Of a DNA stretch of 64,000 nt, positions 50,560 to 61,567 are shown piece by piece; position 1 is the first letter of the stretch, and every line of letters begins with the position of its first letter. The position numbers and the translations under genes were made by a program. The DNA comes from Mobula birostris (Eukaryota), in the NCBI RefSeq assembly GCF_030028105.1, contig NC_092379.1, forward strand, positions 93,691,488 through 93,755,487, written 5' to 3'. The notes under the pieces were generated by a model. It made no database searches. It was given only the letters and a program-made list of their open reading frames with translations, and was not told the DNA's origin.

Positions 50560-53500
50560 CTTTGTGGGCGTTTGGGCTGATTCCGGTGGCCCAATCAGTA
50601 GCTGTTGCCGGCCACAGTGACGAGGTTTCTTGCAAGTCAGCAATGCTTGTTTAAAAGGAGAGTTTCGTGGGTGTTCAGGTTTATTTTGACAGTCCAATCA
50701 TTGGCTGGAGCAGGCTATAGCAACGTGATTTCTTGCAGGTCGATAATGCTTGTTTAAAAGTACAGAAGGAACATTGTTGGGAGTAGGCCAGTGCTGAAAG
50801 TAGGAGTGTCAGGCTTTGGCTCAGAGGAGGATTTGGCTCTAAAGAGTCTCCCAGGGAACTACGTCTGCATGAAGTTCATCCAGCTGCAGCTCCTCGAAGA
50901 CCGTGTTAGGGATCTGGAGCAGCAGCTGGAGAGAGTGAGGAGATAATCAATCACAGTTACAGGGGAGTAGTCACTTCTATGTTACAGGAGGTGAATAGCT
51001 GAGTGACTGTCAGGAGAAATGGAAATGTGAATAGCCAGTTAGCACAGAGCACCCCTGTGGCCATCCCCTCAATAGCAGGTATACCATTTTGGATACTGTT
51101 GTGGGGGGTGACCTCCCAGAGGAATGCCACTGGGACCAGGTTACTGGCACTGAGCATGGGTCCATAGCGCAGAAGGAAAAGAGGGAGAAGAGGGGAGCAG
51201 TAGTGATAGGGGACTCCCTAGTCAGGGGAACAGACAGGAGATTCTGTGGACGTAAACAGGACACTCGGATAGTGTAGAGTGAAGGGGCTCAGGATAGGAC
51301 AGATGGTAAAAAAGCAAAGATAGCATGCAGTCAGACCATCAGGAAGGGCAGTCAAATGCTAGGACAAAATTACAGCCAGTAGGTTGAGTATCAGTGCATT
51401 AGGAATACAGAATAATCAGGGCAGCAGATACAGTGCTCAAAGTGATATATCTCAATGCACGGATTATAAAAAATAAGGCAGATGATCTTGTTGCACTATT
51501 ACAGATTGTCTGGTATGATGTTGTGGCCATCACTGAATTGCAGCTGAAGGATAGTTGTAGTTGGGGGCTGAATGTCCAAGGTTATGTCTTGTATCAGAGG
51601 GATAGGAAGGTAGGTGGAGGGAATGGCATGCTCTGCTGGTGAAGAATGGCATCACAACAGTACGGACATGTGACATCGGATTGGAAGATGTTGAATCCTT
51701 GTGGGTAGAGTTAAGAAACTGCAAGGGTAAGAGGACCATGATGGCAGTTATATACAGGCCTCCCAACAGTGGCTGAGATGTGGACCACAGATTACAATGG
51801 GAAATAGAAAAGGCATGTCAAAAGGGTAACGTGATAATAGTCATGGGAGATTTGAACATGCAGGTCGATTGGGAAAATCAGGTTGGTAATGGGTCTCAAG
51901 AGAGTGAGTTTGTTGAATGCCTACCAGATGGCTTTTTAGAGCAGTTTTTCAATGAGCCAACTAGGGGGTCAGCTGTACTGGATTGGGTGTTATGTAATGA
52001 CCCAGAGGTGATTAGGGAGCTGAAGGTAACAGAACCCTTAGGAGGCAGTGATCACAATATGATTGAGTTCAACTTGAAATTTGATAATGAGAAAGTAAAG
52101 TCTGATGTAGCAGTATTTCAGTGGGGTAAAGGAAATTACAGTGGTATGAGAGAGGAGTTGGCCAAAGGAGTTGGAAGGAGATGCTGGCAGGGATGACAGC
52201 AGAGCAGCAATGGCATGAGTTTCTGGAAAAAATTAGGAAGGTGCGGGATAGATGTATTCCAAAAACAAAGTCGTGCATCCGTAGCTGACAAAGGAAAAAG
52301 CTAATGTAAAAGCAAATGAGAGGACATACAATACAACAAAGCAATAACTAACAGGAAGACAAAGGATTGGGAAGCTTTTAAAAACCTACAAGGAGCTTAA
52401 GGTAAAAAAAACCCTGAGCAGGCAATGAAATCGAGTTCATTTCTAATGATTGAGTTCAGCTTGAGAGTAAGCAAAGTCTGATGTAGCAGTATTTCAGTGG
52501 AGTAAATGAAATTACCATGGTTTGAGAGAGGAATTGGCCAAAGTAAATTAGAAGGAGATGCCGGCAGAGATGACAGCAGAGCAGCAGTGGCATGAGTTTC
52601 TGGGAAAATGAGGAAAGTGCAGAATAGATGCATTCCAAAAACAAAGAAATACTCAAATGGCAAAGTAGCACAACCATGGCTGACAAGGAAGTCAAAGCTA
52701 ATGTAAAAGCAAAAGAGAGGGCATACAACAAAGCAAAAACTGGCAGGAAGATAAAAGATTGGGAAGCTTTTAAAAACCTACAGAGAGTAACTAGAAGAAT
52801 TATTAGGAGGGAAAGATGAATATGAAAACAAGGTAGCAAACAATATCAAAGTGGATAGTAAAAGCTTTTTCAAGTACATAAAAAATAAGAGAGATGAGAG
52901 TGGATACAGGACCTTTAGAAAATAAGGCCAGAGAAATAATAACAGGGAACAAGAGATTAACGAGTATTGTAATACTAAATGAGTATTTTGCATCAGTCTT
53001 CACTGTGCAAGATTCTAGCAGTGTGCCAGGTGTTGAAGGGTGCGAGGGAAGAGAAGTGAGTGTAGTTACTATTAAAAGGGAGAAGGTGCTCAAAGCTGAA
53101 AGACCCAAGGGTACATAAGCCATCTGGACCAAATGAACTGCACCCTAGAGTCCTGAAAAAATTAGCGTAAGAGACTGTGGAGGCATTAATAATGATCGTT
53201 CAAAAATCATTGGGCTCTGGCATGGTGCTGGAGGACTGGAAAATTGAAAATGTTACTCCACTCTTTAAGAAAGGAGGAAGACAGCAGAAAGGAAATTATA
53301 GACCAGTTGGCCTGACCTCAGTGGTTGGGAAAATGTTGGATTCAACTGCTAAGAATAAGGTTATGAAGTACTTGGTGACACAGAACAAGATAGGACAATG
53401 TCAGCACGGTTTCCTTAAAGGAAAATCTTGCTTGATGAACCTTTTCAAATTCCTTGAGGAAATTACAAGTAGGATAGATAAATGTGAGGCAATAGATGTT

Positions 53501-54675
53501 GTATATTAGGATTTCCAGAAGGCTTTTGACAAGGTGCCACACGTGAGGCTGCTTATCAAGCAGTCCATGGTATTACAGGAAAGTTACTGGCATGGTTAGA
53601 GCATTGGCTGATTGGTAGGAGGCAGCGAGTGGGAATAAAAGGATCCATTTCTGGTTGGCTGCCAGTGACTAGTGGTGTTCCGCAGGGGTCAGCGTTGGGA
53701 CTGCTTTTTATGCCGTATGTCAATGATTTTGATGATGGAATAGGTGGCTTTGTTGCCAAGTTTGCAGATGATATGAAGATTGGTGGAGGGGCAGGTAGTG
53801 TTGAGGAAACAGGTAGGCTGCAGAAGGACTTAGACAGATTAGGAGAATGGGCAAGAATGTGGCAAATGAAATAAAATGTTAGAAAATGCATGGTCATGCA
53901 CTTTGGTAGTAAAAATAAATGTGCAGACTATTTTCTAAACGGAGAGAAAATCCAAAAATCTGAGATGCAAAGGGACTTGGGAGTCCTTGTGCAGAACACC
54001 CTAAAGGTTAACTTGCAGGTAGAGTTAATGTTGAGGAGGGTAAATGCAATGTTAGCATTCATTTCAAGAGGTGTAGAATACAAGAGCAGGGATGTGATAA
54101 GCATTGTTGAGGCCTCAGCTTGAGTATTGTGAACAGTTTCGGGTTCATCATCTAAGAAAAGATGTGCTGGCATTGGAGAGGATCCAGAGGAGATTCACAA
54201 GGATGATTCCAGGAATGAAAGGGTTATGACACGAGGAACGATTGATAGCTCTGAATCTGTACATGCTGAAATTTAGAAGGATGAGAGGGGGATCTCATTG
54301 AAACTTTCTGAATGTTGAAAGGCCTAGACAGAGTAGATGTGGAAAGGATATTTCCCATTGTTGGGAGAGTCTAGGACAAGAGGGCACAGCCTCAGGATAG
54401 AGGGGCATCCATTCGAAATAGAGATGCAGAGAAATTTCTTTAGCCAGAGGGTGCTGAATTTGCGGAATTTTTTTTTACCACAGGAAACTGTTTGGGGGGG
54501 CATGTCATTGGGTTTATTTGAGGCAGGGCTTAATAGGTTCTTGATTGGATGGTTATGGGGAGAAGGCTGGGGAGTGGCGCTGAGGACGGGAAAAAGGATC
54601 AACCATGATTGAATGGCAGAGCAGACTCGATAGGCCAAATTGCCTAATTCTGCTCCTATGTCTTATGGTCTTATG
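50560..54675 (+). mobile_element. Near-full-length degenerate CR1 LINE between NSDHL and CETN2
   Basis: ORF1 VVIGDSLVRGTDRRFCG (GDSL-like esterase); APE endonuclease YLNAR..NK, DVVAITE, VMGDLN, SDHN; RT NYRPVGLTS, GVPQGS, KFADD; tail (TCTTATGG)n. Confidence 0.92.
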
Positions 54676-55749
54676 TTTAGAAGTGTCAGCTAGTGTTTAG
54701 AAAGCTGACCTTGGCAAAAAAGAAAAATGCCCCCTGGGCAGTAAATATCCACCACAATGTGAGATTAGGAAGGTTCTTAACTCTCAGAGCCTGAAAAATC
54801 ATTGCCTGACAAATTCTCATCTCATAAGAAGTATTTGTAATTTAATATGAAGAGCCATGTCCCGCTAAAGCTAAAGACTAAATGCTATAATATAAGATTA
54901 GGCTAGACAGGTTTTGTTTTTAACAGGCATGGATGCAATAGGCCAAATTGGTCTCCTATGAGATTCAATGATCCTAGGATGTCTCACAACCTTTTGTTAA
55001 TATTTTGAAACATTATAATTACTGTCTCAAATTATAACAATTGGAATCAATCTATTCAAACTACAAAAACAAATCAAAATATCAAGTCAGGTCACATTCG
55101 TGGGAAGAGGAACAGAACTAATGTTTTAAATTAATGATTATTCTTCTGAACTGCTGAAGATAAAATAAATACATTATACCACAGGGAGATGGGGAAATCT
55201 CTGATACTAAAACCAGGCTGATCATGACCAGCTGATAAGCTGTAAACAGGGTCATCTGATCAATGAGTCAACAGGAGCAGTTAGAGATTGAGAAGACAAT
55301 GTAGAGACAATGTAAAATGCAGAGCAGGAAAACATGGCTAATATGTCAAATGTCAAACTGAACTTGTCCTTCATTTTCAGAGGAAGAAAGTGGTGGTGGG
55401 GGGTTGGAATTGTGAACCAATATCACAGATAGGCGATTGGTACAGGCAGAGATGTGAAGTTATCTGAAGCAAATAATTAGCCAGGTCAAGAAATCTAAAA
55501 GCAAAAAAAAAGTTCTAACAAGCTGGTGTGACAAGTGAAGAGATTATTGTGAAACACCATACTGCTTTTATCCATCTTATCACATTCTATTGTTTTACCT
55601 GTGCTTTCTACAAAGTTCCGTATACCTTTTTTTTCTCTTTTCATCATCAGTTTTAATATCGCCTTTAAAACGATAGCTGGAGTTGGGGTTGGAGTTGGAG
55701 TTATTAATTGGTGCATACAAATCTGGCCAACCAAGCTGAGATGAGGGGA

Positions 55750-56019
55750 GATTTCAGCCAATCAGAATCATCGGATGCTGTTAGAGGCGGAATGTGGGGT
55801 GTGAATGGCAAACACTTTTGACAACTTGCCGTCGACGTAGATGATTGGCGTCTGCGTGCCATTATATTGGCGGAAGTACAGAGCGGCTGCCGGAATTATT
55901 GTACTGTGATTGGCGGAGCGGTTGTTATGGTAGTTCGCTTTAGTTGTGGTGTCTGATGAAACGACCGCCCTCGCAGGCGTTGGAATCTAATTCTCAATAC
56001 ATTGCTTAGAGGGTGCGAA
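55750..56019 (+). promoter_or_regulatory. CETN2 promoter: CCAAT boxes, ETS site, RFX X-box-like motif
   Basis: AGCCAATCA near 55757, GATTGGC twice, GGCGGAAGT near 55869, GTTGTTATGGTAG at 55921 (X-box-like). CpG-rich. Confidence 0.55.
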
Positions 56020-56031
56020 ATGGCTGCAAAG
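56020..56031 (+). CDS. CETN2: Centrin-2 coding exon 1 (MAAK)
   Basis: gcgaaATGG good Kozak context; ATG GCT GCA AAG|gtgagt in a CpG-rich patch; phase 0 into exon 2. Confidence 0.7.
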
Positions 56032-57260
56032 GTGAGTGGCGGCCTTTCTGCTCCTGTGTTTTAGCCCGCGTGTATCACTGCATTGAGAGGACGGCCGAAG
56101 CCTTCTGTCAGGGGGTCACTGGACACCTGGCAGCGGTAGCAGGTGAATAATAGAAAGGGAGAATGGTGTTGAGACTGAGAATGGAGGATTTTCATAAAAA
56201 CTGTAAATCAAGAGATGATAACGGAAACTGCACAATTTTCGGGCGGCGGGAGGAGGTGAATATTGAGTATTAAAAAAGACAAACACTGGATCAATGCAAG
56301 CATCCGAGCCAATTTAATATTAGCTATAAGGTCCTTGAATATGATTCTGCATTTCCTTCTCCCCCGACCCACTCACCCTCAGCACATAGACATATTGAGG
56401 AAAAATGGGCAGGTAGAAAGTTTTAAGCTGATATGCTAATAGAATTTATTGTTGCATAGAACAGTTCACTGGCATTGAAATCATCTCACATAAAATAAGT
56501 AACAGTTAAACTACTGATCTGCTATTGGCAGCGGCATGGCCCCACACTGGTTGAATTGCTGTGAGAGTCTCAGCTTACCAGACGAAGCTTAGACTCGCCA
56601 CTGAACAATACCAGGAAAGAAAATGGTTAATCATTTGTTGAGGGACATAACGTTGACAAGGATATCTGCCCTTATTCTTTGAATGTTACGGGACCCCTTG
56701 TCTCAACCAATAAGAAACATGTAGGGACGATTAAACATCTCACCCCAAAGGGGAGCCTCAAGTAATCATATTAATACAGATTGAAAATCAAAACAAAAAC
56801 TCCCACAGTTTCTGGAGATGTATGGGGTCTCAGCAGATAAGTCAGCACCTGTAAAAAAAAAATAAAATAAATAATTAATGTTCAGGGTATATGATAATTC
56901 TTCAGAATCTCTTTGCTTTGATGAAAGGCCATGGACGAGAAATGTTACCACTGTTTCTCTTTCAGCTAACTGATTGAGGCACTGAGTACCTTCAGTATTT
57001 CTTTGCTTTTATTTCTTATAAATATTGAACTTTGCGGCAGTCATTTATAGGATTAGGCTAAATATGTACCAAGAGTTTGATAGCTAACTATTATTGGAAG
57101 TTAATCAGTAACACAGCAAGCATATATTCTTCAGGTATATTTATTGTGCCATATTTCTTTCATTGTCCAAGTAATTTAAGAGGGGTAGCATATTTATTTG
57201 TGGATAAATGGTACACTGGATAAATTGACAGGTGTTCAAGAATAAATTACATTGTGGGTA

Positions 57261-58280
57261 AACACTAGGAAATCTGCAAATGCTGGAAATTCAAGCAACG
57301 CACACAAAAAAATACTGGTGAATGCAGCAGGCCAGGCAGCATCTATAAGAAGAAGTACAGACAATATTTCCAGCCAAGACCCTTCGTCAGGACTAACTGA
57401 AAGAAGAGATTTGAAAGTGGGAGGGGGAGATCCGAAATGATAGGAGAAGACGGGAGGGGGAGGGATGGAGCTAAGAGATGGAAAGTTGGTTGGCAAAAAG
57501 GATACAAGGCTGGGGAAGGGAGAGGATCATGGGACAGGAGGCCTAGGGAGAAAGAAAGGGGAGGGGAGCCCAGAGGATGGAGACCAGGCAAGGAGTTATA
57601 GTGAGAGGGACGGAGGGAGAAAAAAGGGGAAAAAATAAATAAGGGATGGGGTACGAAGGGAACAAGGGGCATTAACAAAAGTTAGAGAAGTCAATGTTCA
57701 TGCCATCAGGTTGGAGGCTACCCAGAAGGAATATAAGGTGTTGTTCCTCCAACCTGAGTGTGGCTTCATCTGACAGTAGAGGAGGCCGTGGATAGACATA
57801 TCAGAATGGGAATGGGACGTGAATGCCAACCTGATGGCATGAACACTGACTTCTCTAACTTCCGTTGATGCCCCTCCTCCCCTTCGTACACCATCTGTTA
57901 TGTATTTATTATTATTTTTTCCCCTTTTTTTCTCCCTCTGTCCCTCTCACTATAACTCCTTCCCTGCTCTCCATCCTTTGGGCTCCCCTCCCCCTTTCTT
58001 TCTCCCTAGGCTTCCCGTCCCATAGTCCTCTCCCTTCTCCAGCCTGGTATCCCTTTTGCCAATCAACTTTCCAGCTCTCAGCTCCATCCCTCCCCCTCCT
58101 GTCTTCTCCTATCATTTCAGATCTCCCCCTCCCCCTCCCCCTCCCCCTCCCACTTTCAAATCTCTTACTATCTCTTCTTTCTGTTAGTCCTGACAAAGGG
58201 TCTTGGCCCAAAATGTCAACTGTACTACTTCCTATAGATGCTGCCTGGCCTGCTGCGTTCACCAGCATTTTTTGTGTGTG
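57261..58280. mobile_element. Penelope-like inverted dimer in CETN2 intron 1
   Basis: Arms about 57300-57714 and 57826-58280 are reverse complements. Degenerate TSD TTACATTGTGGGTA / TTACGTTGCAGATA. Confidence 0.85.
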
Positions 58281-59813
58281 TTACGTTGCAGATATGTTTT
58301 ATTTAAGGACCAAGATGCAACACTAACAAACCTTTATCATTTATTCTGTTTCTTCTGTAATTTTAGGAGACAAATGTACTGTTACTTAGCGCTGGATTTA
58401 GTCACAATTAATCAAGAGAATTTCATCTTTTATGATGTGATATCCATTTTTTTTTGTAGAGAAGTTGTGTGAACTGTCTTTGAAGGTTTTACCACACAGT
58501 TTAATATAGACATAGAATGATAGAACACAGGAACAGGACTCTTTGGATATTCAAACACCCATTTTCACTAATCCTGTTTTATTCCCTCCACACTTCCTTC
58601 ATCTCCTTCTTGACTCTATCACTCACTCATGCACACCAGGGACAGTTTAAACTTATTGCTTTGCATGGTTTTTATTAAATGCTGAAGGAGACCAGAGCAC
58701 CCAGAAGAAGTTAATGTGGTCAGGGAAAGAACACACAAACTCCACCCAGGCAGCACAAGGTCATTAGAGTTGTCCAAAGGTTGATGAACGTTCGTCATCC
58801 CTAAGCGTCAACTCCAATTCTCTTTCCACAGTGCAACCTGATCTGCTTTGTTTCCAGAAGTTTTTGTTTGTCTTTCATATTTTCATTGGCGTGACAGATG
58901 TTACATGACACAGGCCTTAGACGTACATTATCACCATCACTGTGCTGCTTAATTTTGTCTCGTTTGCTTAAACTTGGCTTGTTTCTTATGTTACTTGTCT
59001 CTTTCAGGTCATTTTATAGACAATTATTTTCATGATACTTCTTATAATAAAAGGATAAATATTGCCAGCTAAGTATTTGTTAGAGAATTCATGCATTCAT
59101 TTCCGTGCTTCACATGAAATGAGTAGAAGTTTACTGTAGGCTAGAAGAGCCCATTTTCTATTTTACTAACAATATCCCTAAATCAAGGATCATGCAAGGA
59201 TTATGTCACAGCTCCTTTCTTTGTGACTCTATGGATAACAGGCATGTACAAGAATGTAACTGGTGTAGGTAAAACTCCACACTGTGGTGAATGGAGTGAG
59301 AGGGAATTGATAGAAAAAAGTTAAGGGGTGAAAAATGCTTTCACTTCTTTGTTTCTGTAAAAGATGTCACACTCTTTGATTCCAGCTACTTAGACCCCCA
59401 CAACCACCTCCCCAACGCCCCATTCCACAGAGACAGCTTCACATTTGAAACTATCATCTTTGTTTTTTAAATACGCGACTTCCTCCAGACCGGTGTCTCT
59501 CTGTTTTAGACACTCTATTCACCATTGCTCCACCATTCATGAGCTATCAATGTGCCAGAATCATCCACTCCCACTTCTTCAATCCTTCTTTAAAACTTTC
59601 CTTTAAAATCCCACACTGAACTGAGCTTCTCATTGTCTCTCTTAATCTCCCTGTATCCAATTTTTTGTTTGTGGTGCATGGGATGTTTGTCTTATATGAA
59701 ATGAAGTTTATGAATGTCAGTTCATGATATTCACAGAAATATTTGCTTGCCTTGAAAAGCATTGACTAAAAATATTTTTCTAATTTAAAAGACATAACAT
59801 TGCAATGTTGCAG

Positions 59814-59972
59814 ACCCCTGTGTATAAAAAAACTCCTTTGAGTGCAACAGTTCAGCGGAAGAAGCCTGGACCAAAACCAGAAATTTCTGAAGATCAAAAG
59901 CAGGAAATAAGAGAAGCATTTGATTTGTTTGACACAGATGGTATTGGATCTATTGACGTAAAAGAACTAAAG
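59814..59972 (+). CDS. CETN2: Centrin-2 coding exon 2 (EF-hand 1)
   Basis: TPVYKK...[33 protein letters not shown]. ttgcag| acceptor, AAG|gtatat donor, 159 bp. Confidence 0.93.
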
Positions 59973-60466
59973 GTATATTTCCAAATCTGCTTCAGTTGGT
60001 TCTTTAGTCCAGAAATTATCATTTCTTGTTTCCTTTGGCGGGTCATTGTTTTCTATGTTTCCCTTGTATAGCTGAACATTATGCAGTGATGCATCTAGTC
60101 ACCCTGTGAATCACTGTAGCAAGTCTGGGTTTGTTATTGAAAAATGCAGTTTAAATATGCAGATGTAATATTAATGGTGAATACAATGAAGCACATGTAA
60201 GATATATTGCTGACCTGAAAGTGTCACCAATAATATACTAAAACTGCAACATCTATTCTTTTTCTACACAGTGCCCTGTAACTTTCCCATAAACATGAAG
60301 CTGCATTTTTTTTTGTTACTGTGTCAAATTTTCAAAAAAGTATTAAGGTTCAATTTTTGATTTAATCCACTTAGCTGATTGAGAAGAAACAACTATCACC
60401 TAATTGTTTTGCACTGTTCATTCCACTACAACAAATAACTGACTTTTGTTCCAATTTATGTTCCAG

Positions 60467-60595
60467 GTTGCAATGAGAGCTTTAGGATTTGAACCCAAGA
60501 AAGAAGAAATAAAGAAGATGATTGCAGAAATCGATAAGGAAGGCACTGGGAAGATTGACTTTAATGAATTTTTGGCTGCAATCACACAAAAAATG
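60467..60595 (+). CDS. CETN2: Centrin-2 coding exon 3 (EF-hand 2); gene continues beyond the window
   Basis: [43 protein letters not shown], 129 bp. Head-to-head with NSDHL as at human Xq28. Confidence 0.93.
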
Positions 60596-61045
60596 GTAAC
60601 TTATAACACGAAGAAAGCTTTATTGTATCCTTCCTAAAAAGAAAACACTTCCATGACAAGAAAGAATTAAAGTCCGATCTGTAAATTTGGATTTCGCTTT
60701 AGCAAATATGAGAACCTACAGAAAGAAGCAGGAGCAGGTCTTTTAGCCCTGAAACCTCTTCCAACCAGTAAAATAATGACTGATTAGATTTTAGCCTCAA
60801 CAACTCTCAGGTGCTCTCATGACCCTTACTTTCCCTTTATTCTGAATTCTGTATACTCAAATTTCAATTTACTATTATTATCAAAGTATGTATAAATTAT
60901 GCAACCTTGAAATTTGTCTCCTTACAGGCAGCCACGAAACAAGAAACCCAAAAGAACCCATTTAAAAAAAAGACTAACAAACAGTCAATGCACAGAGAGA
61001 AAAAACCCCACAAATTGTGCAAACAATAAAAGCAAGCAACTAAAC

Positions 61046-61558
61046 AGAGGGGTGATTGATAAGTTCGAAGCCTAAGGTAGAAGGAGTCAATTTTAGAAAA
61101 CCTAGCACATTTATTTTTCAACATAATCCCCTCCTACGTTTACACACTTAGTCCAGCGGTCGTGGAGCATACGGATCCCTTCTTTGTAGAAGTCGGCGTC
61201 TTGGACCTCCAGAAAATGGTTCGCAGCAGCGGTGATTGATACGTTCGTGGCCTGAGGTGAGTTATACAGCTCTCGTTACAGGCACTTGCAGTTCAACTTT
61301 TTGAGTGATTATGCAGAAAGTTCGAAGTTAATAACTCATCTCCTTCTACTGTAGGCCACGAACTTATCAATCACCCCCTGTGGACCTCTTTCTGGAGGTC
61401 CAAGACGCCGACTTCTATAAAGAAGGGATCCATATGCCCCAACACCACTGGACTAAGTGTGTGAATGTAGGAGGGGACTATGTTGAAAAATAAATGTGTT
61501 AGGTTTTCTAAAATGGACTCCTTCTACCTCAGGCCACAAACTTATCAATCACCCCTTG
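61046..61558. mobile_element. Mariner-derived fold-back MITE with nested TIRs
   Basis: TIR GAGGGGTGATTGATAAGTT at both ends plus inner copies at about 61229-58 and 61341-78. 61380-61493 encodes the mariner C-terminus DFYKEGI...WTKCVNVGGDYVEK*, mirrored in the left arm. TA at 61559-60. Confidence 0.88.
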
Positions 61559-61567
61559 TACTTTAAA

